DNA of 64,000 bases from an uncultured virus (IMG/VR IMGVR_UViG_3300037400_006954) (Duplodnaviria > Heunggongvirae > Uroviricota > Caudoviricetes): the IMG/VR virus record IMGVR_UViG_3300037400_006954. One strand, written 5' to 3'. Below the pieces are notes generated by a model. That model searched no databases. It saw only the letters and a list, made by a program, of their open reading frames with translations, and had not been told where the DNA came from. The stretch's first letter is position 1. Each line of letters begins with the position of its first letter. Position numbers and translations under genes: made by a program. Below are positions 17,246 to 27,416 of this stretch, in pieces.

Positions 17246-19918
17246 TTAGTCGGTCCTTACCGCCTTTTCCTTGAGCTTGAGCGTGAGGTCTCCGAACTGC
17301 TTGAATACGCTGCGGAGACGGTCTTCCATCTCCACCACGTCGTCGGAGCCGTACCTTGAGGTGAAGTCGTCGTGCTTCCAGTAGAACAGGAAGAGCACGC
17401 GGCCAAGCCTGTCGAGGCTGTCCATGAACGTAGGGATGTAGCTGTCGACCACTGCGGAAGTGTCGTATACCTTCGAGAGGCCGCCAACTGCAGCCTGGTC
17501 GAAGACATGCTTCTGTCCGGCCTGGGCGGCCTGCTCTGCGAGCATCTGCGCCTCCTGGTCGATGGGCATCATCTGGTCCTGTGGCGACTCTACGCCGCCT
17601 CCCATCCCGTTCTGGATCTCGCTTCCGTCGGCGATTCCCCTTGTCAGGCCTCCTTCAGGAGGAAGCGACGGAACGCCGGTGAACTGGCCCATCTGCTGGT
17701 TGACGTAGGGGTCTGCATAAACCGGGATTCCTGTGTATGGGTCAACGGACGCTTCCTGCTGGGTGGGCATGGGCATGCTTACGCCGACGCCCTGAGCCTG
17801 CTTGGACATAGTCTTGCGGCTGGCTATGACTATCCTCGTCGAGCCCTCCGACGCAGCCTTCTCGAGGCTTGCAAACGCCTTGGCAGGCCTAATTCCGAAG
17901 TTGGAGACCAGCTTGAGGGCCGCCTCCTTGTACGTCATCCTGGGCGTCTGGTTGAAGCCGTCGACGTGAATGTGGAACTCGTCAGGGCCCACGGATGCGA
18001 TCTTTACCCTTGCGGCACCGCCCTCGTGAAGGGCGCTGACGATGCAGGAAAGCGACCCGAAGGTGTACTTCTCGACGTACTCCTGGTGCTTCTTGTCGTC
18101 TGCCTCGCGTGCCCTCTCGCGCTCCTCCTCGGTCGTCTTGTCGTCGTACTTGACCGTGTTGGGCTCCACGTTGGCGACCTCCAGGACCTTCCAGGAGTCG
18201 GGTATGAGCGTGCCGGCCGAGGTCACGGTGGGCGACTTGATGCCCTCGCAGAACCTAAGCAGGTCGCGGCTGCAGCAGGGGCCGTCGCAGCAGCAGTCGC
18301 CTCCTCCGCTGCGCGACCTGTCGACATAGACGTTGGTCTTCCTGTAGCCGTCTGCATTGTGGAACCTGTCGCTGATGTCCCAGTTCCCGAAGTCAGGGTA
18401 GTTCGGCCCTTCGGACTTGCTGGTTATGCAGTGCCTCCAAAGCGCGTCCCTGTAGCTGAAGGAGACGTCGTCTCCGTCCTTGAACACGGAGCTGATCTCC
18501 ACAGGCCCGAACGCCTGACCCCTGGGACCGATGAACACGTACGCCTTGTTGTTGTCGCCGTTCGACGGGGACGGCTCGATCGAGTCCTTGTCCTTCGCGC
18601 TGTCAAACAGGTCGGAGTACGAGCCTCCGTTGGGGTTGGCCTCGGTTCCGGAGTCGATGACCATAGACGCCGCCGTGGCCTTGCCGAGCACCTTGTCCTC
18701 CGGGAAGTACACGAGGGTCGCCTCGTGGCCGTCTCCACCGAGGGAGTGGGTCAGGCTGAGGAGGTAGCCCTCGCGGAGCTTTCCGTCCTGCATTACGAAG
18801 GAGTACTTGCCGACCTCCGTAGGCGTGCTGTACCTCTTCTCGTAGTCCACGGAAAGGACGTCGTCCTTGACGTCCGCCGTGGCCTCCTCGGGCCTTGTGT
18901 CCTTGATCGTAAACCCGCGGGAGAGTATCTGCTTCGCCTCTTCCTCGCCGGTGGACGTGTTGTCCTCGACCTTGACGGAAATGTCCTCTGCGGTGACGAC
19001 GCGGAGCTTGGGGGCGGCTTCCGCCTTCTTCCTCATGATCTCCCTGTGTACGTGGGCGTCCTTGACATTCGGCTCGTCGAATGCGCTGAGGTCCTTGTAG
19101 AACGTAAGCGCGGCATTGGCGAACTTGACGTTCTTGAAGGTCTTGAGGAGCGAAATCTGCGCCTCCGGGCCTCCTACCGTGCGCATGAAGCCCTTGATGT
19201 ACTTGGACTCCGCGGACTTCTCTATCGGGGCTCCCTTGACGGCGCGGAGAACGCCGTTGAACATCTGGCCCACCAGCGGATCTGCCGCAGCCATCTTCTC
19301 GGACTGCTCCTGCATGACCGCCCACGCCGTCCTGAGGCTCCACATGCCGTCTTCGGCCTCTGCGGTCTTGTGGTTGTTGGGAGCCCTCAGGAAGTTGAGG
19401 TCCGGCTGCTCGAGGGTGGACGTCACGTCCGGCTCGGCCGTCTCGCCAAGCGTCACTGAGTGCTTGTTGATGACGTAGTTGATCCAGTTCTCGGTAAGCG
19501 GCACGAAGCTGTTCGTGCGCTTGTTGAGAAGGAGGTCCACGCCCCTTATCTGGTTGTTTATGAAGAAAATCGGCACATAGTAGAAGTCGTCGTCGATCTT
19601 GTACCCGTAGATACCCACTGCCTTCGAGCCGTCGTCGGAGCGGTCGACGATCTCGAAGCCCAGCATGTACGGAAGGAGCGCAGGCGCCCTGTCCACTACG
19701 AACTGGTATGCGATCGTGGAGAGGTCCTGCTCGAACCTCTCCTCGTCTGCGGACTCCGGGGCCTGCATTTCGTCGGGCTGGCCGGTCGTCACGCCACCCA
19801 TTCCCTGCCCCATCATCATGGAAGGGTCGGGCGCCATGGCCTGGGCCTCCTTGAAAAACACGGGAGCCGTGCCGATCGTCTTCGCCCTCAGTGAATCGAA
19901 AGATGGAATTTTGCTCAT
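17246..19918 (-). CDS. Large putative internal head protein
   Basis: 890 aa; globular N-terminal domain followed by segments separated by K-x-A motifs (FKEAQ, HKTAE, EKSAE, SKQAQ); has its own promoter. Confidence 0.6.
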   Translation of the reverse strand: MSKIPSFDSLRAKTIGTAPVFFKEAQAMAPDPSMMMGQGMGGVTTGQPDEMQAPESADEERFEQDLSTIAYQFVVDRAPALLPYMLGFEIVDRSDDGSKAVGIYGYKIDDDFYYVPIFFINNQIRGVDLLLNKRTNSFVPLTENWINYVINKHSVTLGETAEPDVTSTLEQPDLNFLRAPNNHKTAEAEDGMWSLRTAWAVMQEQSEKMAAADPLVGQMFNGVLRAVKGAPIEKSAESKYIKGFMRTVGGPEAQISLLKTFKNVKFANAALTFYKDLSAFDEPNVKDAHVHREIMRKKAEAAPKLRVVTAEDISVKVEDNTSTGEEEAKQILSRGFTIKDTRPEEATADVKDDVLSVDYEKRYSTPTEVGKYSFVMQDGKLREGYLLSLTHSLGGDGHEATLVYFPEDKVLGKATAASMVIDSGTEANPNGGSYSDLFDSAKDKDSIEPSPSNGDNNKAYVFIGPRGQAFGPVEISSVFKDGDDVSFSYRDALWRHCITSKSEGPNYPDFGNWDISDRFHNADGYRKTNVYVDRSRSGGGDCCCDGPCCSRDLLRFCEGIKSPTVTSAGTLIPDSWKVLEVANVEPNTVKYDDKTTEEERERAREADDKKHQEYVEKYTFGSLSCIVSALHEGGAARVKIASVGPDEFHIHVDGFNQTPRMTYKEAALKLVSNFGIRPAKAFASLEKAASEGSTRIVIASRKTMSKQAQGVGVSMPMPTQQEASVDPYTGIPVYADPYVNQQMGQFTGVPSLPPEGGLTRGIADGSEIQNGMGGGVESPQDQMMPIDQEAQMLAEQAAQAGQKHVFDQAAVGGLSKVYDTSAVVDSYIPTFMDSLDRLGRVLFLFYWKHDDFTSRYGSDDVVEMEDRLRSVFKQFGDLTLKLKEKAVRTD

Positions 19919-19971
19919 GTCTTGTCCTTTTTTCGTTGAGATTTTGCCAGGCTTGTACTCAATTTGATATT

Positions 19972-19982
19972 AGTATAGCACA
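19972..19982 (-). promoter_or_regulatory. Extended -10 promoter
   Basis: TGTGCTATACT in the AT-rich intergenic gap upstream of the 890-aa gene. Confidence 0.45.
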
Positions 19983-20009
19983 TAATTTCATAAGTACACA
20001 ACCCCTATT

Positions 20010-21239
20010 TTAGTCCGCGTTTATCCCGCGGTAGTCCATGGCCTCGTTACCCTGTGAAATTCCCGCGTACAATGTGCCAGCGCCTAGACCTGCCTGCAAA
20101 GTACCTTCGGCATATGGCTTTACCGTATTTAATGCCGAACTTAAATACGGTTTTACGGCGCCCCACTGCCTGGCGATAAATCCGGGCTGCCTGACGACAG
20201 TTCCTGCGGCGCCGGCCGCCGTAGCCGCAGTGTTCGCCGCTCCGGCAGCGCGTGTAGCGTTTGATGCGATCTGCATACCTCTAGTGGCCGTATTCAATGC
20301 GCCTAGTCCTTTAATGCCGTATCCTATTCCTTTCGCGCCCCATTTTAGAGCTGATGACGGCACCCTCCATCCGATTGATTCTGCCGCGAGCTGGGTGGCC
20401 GAGTTCAAAAACCCCAGGTCCCACATCAAAAATTTTTCCCGCCCGCTGAGATTGTCAGGGTCCATGCCGCCCTGATCCATGACTTTATCTTCTGTCCACA
20501 TCTTTTCCTGCTTCATGGCGTTCTTGCCATGGGCAAGGTCCCAGTCTTTGTAGCCTATGTGGTTGTCCACAAACCCCTCTGCAAGATTATAGCCCTTTTT
20601 ACCGCCATTCCATATGCCGCTTCCAACGGATTTCCAGAATCCGTCGCTGTTTCCGGACCACCAGTCCCTAATACCCTGCCCAAGACCTATAGTGGCCCCT
20701 GGAAGTATCGCGCCTACCCCAGCAACAAATCCTGGCAGGTTGGCAAATCCAGTCGCTCCGCCACTGCCCATAGCGCCAAGTATAGCCCCTCCGGGGGAGA
20801 TGTCTTCTCCATGGTCTACTGCGAACGCCGGTCGCGCTATTTCTCCAGGGTCATATGTGATTACAGCGCGCTTTTCAAAAGCGTTTGCTGCGCGCGTAGG
20901 TGCCGCTTCTCCAGCTGCAGCCTTGCAAAGATACGAGTCTATGAAGGAGTTTACGCGATTCCCCAGTCTGCACGCTCCTGTCTTTACATATGGATTCGGG
21001 ACGTAGGCTCCTGTGCCGCCACGGTAGAACTGCGTCCTCGGCGTAGTGGTAAGCGACTGCTTTGGCTTTTTGGGGGTCGCAGCGACAGGCCTGGACACTG
21101 GCTGCTTCACCTGACGCGGGCTCGTAAACTTCTGCACCGGGCGTATCCGGTTTCCGGCGGCAATGGCCTTCTGCTCGTAGCCGGGATTGGTATACGTGTA
21201 TATCGCAGCCAGTTTCCTGAGAAGCTCTCCTCTTTTCAT
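20010..21239 (-). CDS. Putative virion cargo protein with glycine-rich segments
   Basis: 409 aa; RKLAA, CKAAA and EKRAV motifs; Gly/Ala-rich body. Confidence 0.55.
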   Translation of the reverse strand: MKRGELLRKLAAIYTYTNPGYEQKAIAAGNRIRPVQKFTSPRQVKQPVSRPVAATPKKPKQSLTTTPRTQFYRGGTGAYVPNPYVKTGACRLGNRVNSFIDSYLCKAAAGEAAPTRAANAFEKRAVITYDPGEIARPAFAVDHGEDISPGGAILGAMGSGGATGFANLPGFVAGVGAILPGATIGLGQGIRDWWSGNSDGFWKSVGSGIWNGGKKGYNLAEGFVDNHIGYKDWDLAHGKNAMKQEKMWTEDKVMDQGGMDPDNLSGREKFLMWDLGFLNSATQLAAESIGWRVPSSALKWGAKGIGYGIKGLGALNTATRGMQIASNATRAAGAANTAATAAGAAGTVVRQPGFIARQWGAVKPYLSSALNTVKPYAEGTLQAGLGAGTLYAGISQGNEAMDYRGINAD

Positions 21240-21249
21240 AAGCTCTCCT

Positions 21250-24200
21250 TTACATTATTACGATCGGGTCCGTTGGGCCTATCTCTCCGTCCCTGTATGC
21301 CCTTATGGCCTCCGCCTTGCTTGCGAACACGTGGGGCTTCTTGCTGGAGACCCCCGCCGTAAGCGCCCAGAGCCCGGAGACCTGCTCCTTCTCCGGCTTG
21401 TAGCGTACTGAGGTCATGTCCGTGAGGCTGAGCAGGTTCTTGGACGGAAGCATCTTCTCGAGGGCTTCCCTCGACGCCTTGTCGCTTGCAGGTACGTGGA
21501 TGTTGACGGTGTCGCCGTCGTGGTCCATGTTGTAGCCGCTGTCGATCATCGGGCACACCCTGATCTCCTTGCCGTCCGTGATGAACGGCTTGAAGGCCAT
21601 GATGTTGAACTTGTGCCAGGTCGGGGCGCGGTCCATGAGGACAGGCTTCTCCTCCATGACGTCGTCGAGGATGTGCCTCGCGGTGGGGGTCCTGTCCTCT
21701 ATCATCTTGGCGACGTCCACCGGGCTGTAGCCCCTCTGCACCAGCTTCCTGGTGACGAACGGCTTGTACATCGTCCACGCCATGTCCTCCGGGATGCCAA
21801 CCTGGTCCATGCTGAGGTTCTTGTCCGGCACGGTGACGGACCTGCCGACGAGGTCCTGGTTCTTCGCCACGACCTTGCTCTGGAACTGCCCCCACTTCGG
21901 GACAGTGCCGATTATCTGGCGGATCGGACCCTTGAGGTTCTTCGCCTGGCCCTCCGTGGTTATGGAGTTGCCGAGGCCGAAGGCCGCCTTCACCGACTTG
22001 TACAGGTTGAGGCGCTCCTCCGTGAGGGCGGAGTCGGGAAGGTCCTTCTTCAGGAGCTCGTAGTTGTGCTTGTTTTCCAGCAGCTCCTTGTAGAGCTCGT
22101 TGGTGTCCGGAACAAGCGCCACGTCGCCTACCTTGGAAATAGGACGGAAGGCCGGCGGTATGACCGGAACTTTGGAAATCATCCAGTCCTTGGGCGACAT
22201 CTTCATCTCCTGTGCGGAAGTGAGGTATCCCAGGACCTTGATCGCGTTGTCCCTGGCGGAACCACGCTTGGTCTTGATGTCGTTCCTGGACTGCTCTATG
22301 AGCCTGTCCACGTCAACGGAGGCAAGAGCCTCCTTTAGGGCGGCTCCGCCTGTCTTGCCGTTGAGCTGTTCCCTGCCGCTGAGGATGTCGGACATCTTCT
22401 TGCTGGTAAGCCCGAGGACGCGCCTGACGGGCTCTTCCATCACCGGATTGGGCACGGGTTCCGGCAGCTCGATCATCGACCAGCGCATGCCTCCGGCTCC
22501 GCCGGTCTTGCCGAGGTCGAACAGTCCGCCCTTGACGGGGTTCATGTTGGCGTCCACCATCTGGGCGGAGTCTATGATCCTGCCCTCCGTAAGCTTGTCT
22601 ATGGCGGCGTCGGTCTGGGGCATGAGCGTCGTTATGTCGCCCTTTTCGACGACGTTTATGCCGCCCGCCCTGAGGTTGTTGAGGAACTTCTGGTAGATGA
22701 ACGGTACGTCCGGCTCGGGAATCGGAAGCCCGAGGCGGAGCTTCCTCCAGTATTCCTCGTTCTTCTGCCCGCGGACCGTTATGGCGTCCCTCAGGACTTC
22801 CGTGGCGCCGTGGGACAGCAGCGCGTTGACGTCGAAGCCGGATATCTTCTTGGCTCCCGTCTCGCCGCCCTTTGCAGGCTGCTGGTCCTGTGTATATCCG
22901 CCCTCGATGCCGCGGGCGGAGTATTTCTTCTCGGCCAGGTGGTGCATCGCCTGTACGTACATGTAGCCGTCGCCGACTCCCTTTATGGTCCTTCCGGTCT
23001 GGGGGTCGAACACGTCAGCCGTATCGGAAACCCCCGCGTCGGCAAGCTGCTTCTTGGTCCAGTTGAGCCAGCCTTCGGGCGGCGGTACCTGCGGTATCCT
23101 TATCTGCTGACCGGTCTTCTTCGCTACCTTTCCGAGGGCGATCTCCATGAGCTGCCCTGGGGCGACTCGGGAAAGGAAGCCCATCGGGTTGACGATCATG
23201 TCGTAGGGCTCGTTGGTGACGGCGTCCCTGGGCATCTTGTCCATCGGGAGAATCGTTCCTGTAACGCCCTTAAGGGCGAATCGTGGTGAAAGCTTATCCC
23301 CCACTTTTACCGGTGGTTCGCTCTTTATGAGCACTTTTGCGCCTGATGGCCCGGCCACTACGTCTGTCACGACGCCCGGCCAGTCGTGGTTCCAGGTCTG
23401 CGACTTGTTGGTAACCGCCTTCTTGAGGACCGAAGAGAGCTTGCCTAGCTGCGCGTCCTCTGCCGACAGAATCTTTGGACCGATGGCTGCGATGATGGGA
23501 TCTCCCCTGTGGAGCTCGGTGCCGACCTTTACCACGCCGCTGTCGTCCAGGGTCTCCGCCTGCTCCTTGGTAAAGGCGTCGGGGAACGCGGCAAGGAACT
23601 TGTTCTTGCCTATGGACACGCCGTTCTTGGTGTCCTGGTCGAAATTGTACATGCGGCTCGTTGCAAGCTTCTTTGCCGCGTCCTCGCTGATGATGCAGGC
23701 GTCTTCGAAGGAATTGGCGCCCCTCGGGCCAGGAAGGATGGCGACCTTGAGGTTCCTGCCCATGTTGAACGCACCGGTCTTCGGGTCCGTGAAGTTGGAA
23801 TGCGCCAGAATGTCGCCCTCCTTGATCTCCATGCCCTTCTTGACGAGCGGCGTGAGGCTGAGCTGGGTCATCCTGTTGTACGGCAGGTTCGTGACCAGGT
23901 CGAAGGTCTCGGTCTTGCCGTTCTTGCCGGTGACCGTGATCTCGTCCTTGGTGACCTTGGTCACCGTACCTGAGAACGGAGCCGTGACGCAGCCTGACCT
24001 GCGGCCGTAGTACTCGTTGAATGTCGTCTTGCCGTCCGGCATCAGGCTGTCCACCAGCGGGACTTCGCCTTCCTTCTGCGGAAGGTACTGCTCCCAGAAC
24101 TTGCTGGAGTAGAAGCTGCGCTGCCCGAACACCGCCGTTGGCATGGGGTTCATGTTGATGCCGGCCCCGAGAGTCCTCGAGAACGACGGGACCATATAGT

Positions 24201-25713
24201 CCACCTCGGACGTCTTGACCCTTCCCGGAACTCCGTTCTTCATGACGTACATGTAAGGGGCCTTGGGATCCTGGTCGGGGAACGCTATGACCTTGTCGGC
24301 GGCCGCGTCGAGGGAGAGATACTCCTTCTTGCCCGTCTGCATGTTCCTGAACACGTTGTAGAGCTTGTTGTCCTTGCCCAGCACGGTTCCGTAGGCCGCG
24401 CGGACGTCTACGCCAGCGCTGCTGGACTCCGGCGTGGCGATGAAGTCCACGAAGCCAAGATAGTCTCCCTGTACACCACGGGCCTCCGGGGTGATCAGGT
24501 CGGGAGACGAGATGCCACCCTCCCCGGTCCTTGTGATCCTGGACTGCTGGATGAGGATTGACATGGGGTTGGCTTCTTCTCCTGGCTGTGCGAGCCCGGA
24601 GGTCGAAAGGAAGTCGTCTATGTACGGTCCCAGGGCGTTCCTTCCTATCCTGGACAGGTTCCTGTCCCTGCGGATGCGGAAGAGCATCGGCTTGAGGAGC
24701 TTGGCGGCGTCCTTGTCGATGCGCTCGCCCAGCATGTGCTCCACGCCGTAGAACTTGCTGAACCTGGGGTTGTCGCGGTTGTCCGGCTCCTCGAGGCCCC
24801 TGTTGACGTTCAGTAGCTTCTGCGAGGCCCTCAAGAGCACTTCGGGAGTGACGCCCTTGACGTTCTCTATGCCCAGCGTCCTTACGACCGTCTGGGGGTC
24901 CAGCCCGAACTTGGAGAGCTCGTCCTTGATGAACTTCGTCTGGTTCTGCGGAGTCATCAGGGGGTCCATCTTGTATCCCGCTATCTTCTCGTAGAGCCTC
25001 TGGATGGTCTTGGGGTCGTTCTTCTCGGAGTTGGCCAGGGCGACGTCATGCCCCCACGACTTGGCGAGCTGCTCGTCAGTGATTCCCATGGCCCTGAGCA
25101 CGGGGTAGAGCGGAAGGTTCGCCTGTCCCATGCGGAAGTTCATGCGTCCGGTGCTCTTGTCGAGCGTAAGGCGGAATCCCTTGCCGTTCGCCACGTTGAA
25201 CTGGGACTCGAGGTCCCCGTTCTGCTTCCTGCGGGTGTAGACGCCCGGGGAGAGGCGCGCCTGGCTGATCACGGTGTACTCGCTGCCGTTGTTTATGATG
25301 GTTCCGCGGTTCGTGTAGTACGGAACCCTCATGACGGCGTCGCGCTTCTCCTCGAGGACCTTGCCGGTCTCCTTGTCGGTAAGCCTCCAGGTGCCCTTGA
25401 GCGAGCACCCCAGCTTCCTGTTGTGGAGGATGGCCTGCTTCTGTTGGGCCAGGGTGTAGTGGGTGGGGCCGTCGTAGTCGACGTCCAGGAGCTCGAGGCG
25501 GTACTTGTCGTCCTCTATCGGAAACCTCTTTATGACGGAGTTCTTGACGGTGTCGAGGATGGACTTCCTTGTGGCCTTGCCGTCGATCAGAAGGCGCGCC
25601 CCCGCGGGCATAGGCGGATCGTCGTCCTTCACGGGCGCGACCTGTGCCTGCTTTTCGGTCTCAAGGCGCTTCATCTGCGCCAGCCAGCCGTCTATGGCCT
25701 CCCTGATGTCCAT
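21250..25713 (-). CDS. Phage multisubunit-type RNA polymerase: fused beta plus N-terminal/catalytic beta-prime
   Basis: 1487 aa. Beta motifs: IINNGSEYTVISQ, TPESSSAG, NSFEDACIIS, KVGDKLSPRFALKGV, IVNPMGFLSR, HHLAEKKYSARG, QQPAKGG. Beta-prime motifs: VKGGLFD, VPVIPPAFRP, VGRSV, DRAPTWH and catalytic NMDHDGD at 21511-21531. Confidence 0.93.
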   Translation of the reverse strand: MDIREAIDGWLAQMKRLETEKQAQVAPVKDDDPPMPAGARLLIDGKATRKSILDTVKNSVIKRFPIEDDKYRLELLDVDYDGPTHYTLAQQKQAILHNRKLGCSLKGTWRLTDKETGKVLEEKRDAVMRVPYYTNRGTIINNGSEYTVISQARLSPGVYTRRKQNGDLESQFNVANGKGFRLTLDKSTGRMNFRMGQANLPLYPVLRAMGITDEQLAKSWGHDVALANSEKNDPKTIQRLYEKIAGYKMDPLMTPQNQTKFIKDELSKFGLDPQTVVRTLGIENVKGVTPEVLLRASQKLLNVNRGLEEPDNRDNPRFSKFYGVEHMLGERIDKDAAKLLKPMLFRIRRDRNLSRIGRNALGPYIDDFLSTSGLAQPGEEANPMSILIQQSRITRTGEGGISSPDLITPEARGVQGDYLGFVDFIATPESSSAGVDVRAAYGTVLGKDNKLYNVFRNMQTGKKEYLSLDAAADKVIAFPDQDPKAPYMYVMKNGVPGRVKTSEVDYMVPSFSRTLGAGINMNPMPTAVFGQRSFYSSKFWEQYLPQKEGEVPLVDSLMPDGKTTFNEYYGRRSGCVTAPFSGTVTKVTKDEITVTGKNGKTETFDLVTNLPYNRMTQLSLTPLVKKGMEIKEGDILAHSNFTDPKTGAFNMGRNLKVAILPGPRGANSFEDACIISEDAAKKLATSRMYNFDQDTKNGVSIGKNKFLAAFPDAFTKEQAETLDDSGVVKVGTELHRGDPIIAAIGPKILSAEDAQLGKLSSVLKKAVTNKSQTWNHDWPGVVTDVVAGPSGAKVLIKSEPPVKVGDKLSPRFALKGVTGTILPMDKMPRDAVTNEPYDMIVNPMGFLSRVAPGQLMEIALGKVAKKTGQQIRIPQVPPPEGWLNWTKKQLADAGVSDTADVFDPQTGRTIKGVGDGYMYVQAMHHLAEKKYSARGIEGGYTQDQQPAKGGETGAKKISGFDVNALLSHGATEVLRDAITVRGQKNEEYWRKLRLGLPIPEPDVPFIYQKFLNNLRAGGINVVEKGDITTLMPQTDAAIDKLTEGRIIDSAQMVDANMNPVKGGLFDLGKTGGAGGMRWSMIELPEPVPNPVMEEPVRRVLGLTSKKMSDILSGREQLNGKTGGAALKEALASVDVDRLIEQSRNDIKTKRGSARDNAIKVLGYLTSAQEMKMSPKDWMISKVPVIPPAFRPISKVGDVALVPDTNELYKELLENKHNYELLKKDLPDSALTEERLNLYKSVKAAFGLGNSITTEGQAKNLKGPIRQIIGTVPKWGQFQSKVVAKNQDLVGRSVTVPDKNLSMDQVGIPEDMAWTMYKPFVTRKLVQRGYSPVDVAKMIEDRTPTARHILDDVMEEKPVLMDRAPTWHKFNIMAFKPFITDGKEIRVCPMIDSGYNMDHDGDTVNIHVPASDKASREALEKMLPSKNLLSLTDMTSVRYKPEKEQVSGLWALTAGVSSKKPHVFASKAEAIRAYRDGEIGPTDPIVIM

Positions 25714-26087
25714 TAGACCATTCCTCCTGCATATATGAAGCTCTTGGCTATGTCCTTCGTTCCGTGAAGCGACGGCGCTATGTCGTCAAGGACCTTGTCT
25801 ATTATCAGGCCGTCCGTAAGATGCGTCTTGGCGAGCATTTTCGCCGGCCCCCCGTACCACTTGCCGTCGAAGTGCCTCCCCACGATTTCAGGCAGCTTGG
25901 ACCTGCCGCGCCCCCTGAGGTACCTGACGACCGACTGGCTCGTGCCTGGAGTCCTCAGTATCCTGTTCGCCAGGCTGGTCCTGCCGCCGTTCCTCTTCTT
26001 TCCGCGGAGATATTCGTCTATTACGATCTTTCCGCGAAGGTCGTCCGACACAAGACTGTCAGGAATCGCCGAAAACAGACCGTGCAC
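25713..26087 (-). CDS. Hypothetical protein
   Basis: 124 aa; stop overlaps the RNAP start (TAATG). Confidence 0.5.
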   Translation of the reverse strand: MHGLFSAIPDSLVSDDLRGKIVIDEYLRGKKRNGGRTSLANRILRTPGTSQSVVRYLRGRGRSKLPEIVGRHFDGKWYGGPAKMLAKTHLTDGLIIDKVLDDIAPSLHGTKDIAKSFIYAGGMV

Positions 26088-26167
26088 AAGGTTGTCCTTG
26101 TGGTCACGTATGAATACAGCGCGCTTTTCAGACGTCCTCGGCGCGGCCTTCGCGGGGGCCTGCGCCT

Positions 26168-27076
26168 TTACTCGAAAAAACCAAGGTCCTCCGCCCCGGC
26201 ATTGGGAAACTTGAACTTTATGATCTTCTCCTTCGGATAGCTGGCCAGGTCCTTGTCCTTCGCCTTTTCTATGGCCTTCCTGCGGTTCTCCATTATGCGG
26301 TACATGACGATTCCGGCCGTGGTGCTGGTGACGAGGCCCGCCATTCCCATGAGACCGAGCGCGGAGCCCAGAAAGCCCCTGTCGGCGGCAGTCTTGCTGT
26401 AGTATGGGGCGTCTACGTCGTTTACCTCCCTGGACAGCGACTCTATGTACCGCTCCCTGGCCTTCTCGACCTGCTTCTTCCTCTTGTTGACGAGTATCCT
26501 GTCTCCCACCGCCTTTACGGCGGCAAGCCCCACCGCCGTGCCGCCTATCAGCCCGATGCTGTCCGCCATTACGCCACCGGCGTCGGAAAGCGTGTCGCCG
26601 AACACCGACTTGAGCGCCTTGCCGACGCCGCTCAGGGCCGTGTCCACCACGCCTGCGTCCTTCTCGGCCACGAACCTGCCCTTGGCGTCCCTAGGAAACG
26701 TGGATCCGGCTCCGGCGATCCTCCTGACCGGAATCTCGCCACGGCTGACCGTCTCCGTCTTCCCTATCTTCAGGCACTTGTCGGACGCCTTCTTCCTCAG
26801 CAGCGCCTTCTTGAGCGCCGCCAGGTCCTTGGGGGACATCGACGCCGCGTCCACCTGGGGTACCGCGTCGTCCGAAGGGCCCTTGGTTCCGGACCTGGAG
26901 CCGCGCACCGACTTCATGAAGTGCCTCTTGCTCAGGGGAATCGTGATTTCGTCAGACTCGGACTCGGACTTGTCGCCCTTGCCGGTGTTGTTCATTGCAT
27001 AGATAGCAGAAGCCGCGCCTCCGCCGAGAAGGCCGAGTATCGTGCTCTTGATGAACGATTTGGTGTTTTCAGTCAT
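26168..27076 (-). CDS. Hypothetical virion-associated protein with hydrophobic segments
   Basis: 302 aa; three Gly-rich hydrophobic helices separated by RKKAS, EKDAG and SKTAA. Confidence 0.6.
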   Translation of the reverse strand: MTENTKSFIKSTILGLLGGGAASAIYAMNNTGKGDKSESESDEITIPLSKRHFMKSVRGSRSGTKGPSDDAVPQVDAASMSPKDLAALKKALLRKKASDKCLKIGKTETVSRGEIPVRRIAGAGSTFPRDAKGRFVAEKDAGVVDTALSGVGKALKSVFGDTLSDAGGVMADSIGLIGGTAVGLAAVKAVGDRILVNKRKKQVEKARERYIESLSREVNDVDAPYYSKTAADRGFLGSALGLMGMAGLVTSTTAGIVMYRIMENRRKAIEKAKDKDLASYPKEKIIKFKFPNAGAEDLGFFE

Positions 27077-27086
27077 GGTATCTCCT

Positions 27087-27416
27087 TTATGCTCCTAGTA
27101 TTTCCGACGTATCGAACTCCAGCCACTCCAGGTACTTGAACCAGCCCGTCGAACCGTCCGGCCTCGTAAGGACCTCCCTCGAGTTGCTGGCGATGTAGAT
27201 CTTCCCGGCCTTGGACTTTTCCATGAGCTCCAGGTACAGCTTCTCGTACTCGCTGCGCTGCCCTTCGTCCATGAGGTCCGCCACGAAGACGTGGTGCTCC
27301 TTCACCGGAAGCTTGGAAAGCGCGTCAAACTGGCCTGTGGCCAGCTCGTACGCGTCGTGGACGGGCTTCTCCGGATGCTTGTCCGGTTCGCCGTCTATCT
27401 GTACGTTCTGTATCAT
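27087..27416 (-). CDS. Hypothetical protein
   Basis: 109 aa; ATGA-coupled to the upstream gene. Confidence 0.6.
   Translation of the reverse strand: MIQNVQIDGEPDKHPEKPVHDAYELATGQFDALSKLPVKEHHVFVADLMDEGQRSEYEKLYLELMEKSKAGKIYIASNSREVLTRPDGSTGWFKYLEWLEFDTSEILGA

Noticed and set aside
17372..19459. 695-aa plus-strand ORF, and similar long plus-strand ORFs at 34603-36780, 52540-53784, 55689-56855 and 6218-7450
   Set aside because: Antisense shadows of well-supported minus-strand genes, caused by GC-rich codon bias; no recognisable motifs
17246..19918. Portal protein or the missing beta-prime C-terminal subunit
   Set aside because: No portal or bridge-helix/trigger-loop motifs recognised; multiple K-x-A-separated segments fit an internal head protein better
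21250..25713. Cellular rpoBC fusion indicating a bacterial chromosome
   Set aside because: Far shorter than cellular rpoBC, highly divergent, no ribosomal protein neighbours, and embedded among terminase and capsid genes
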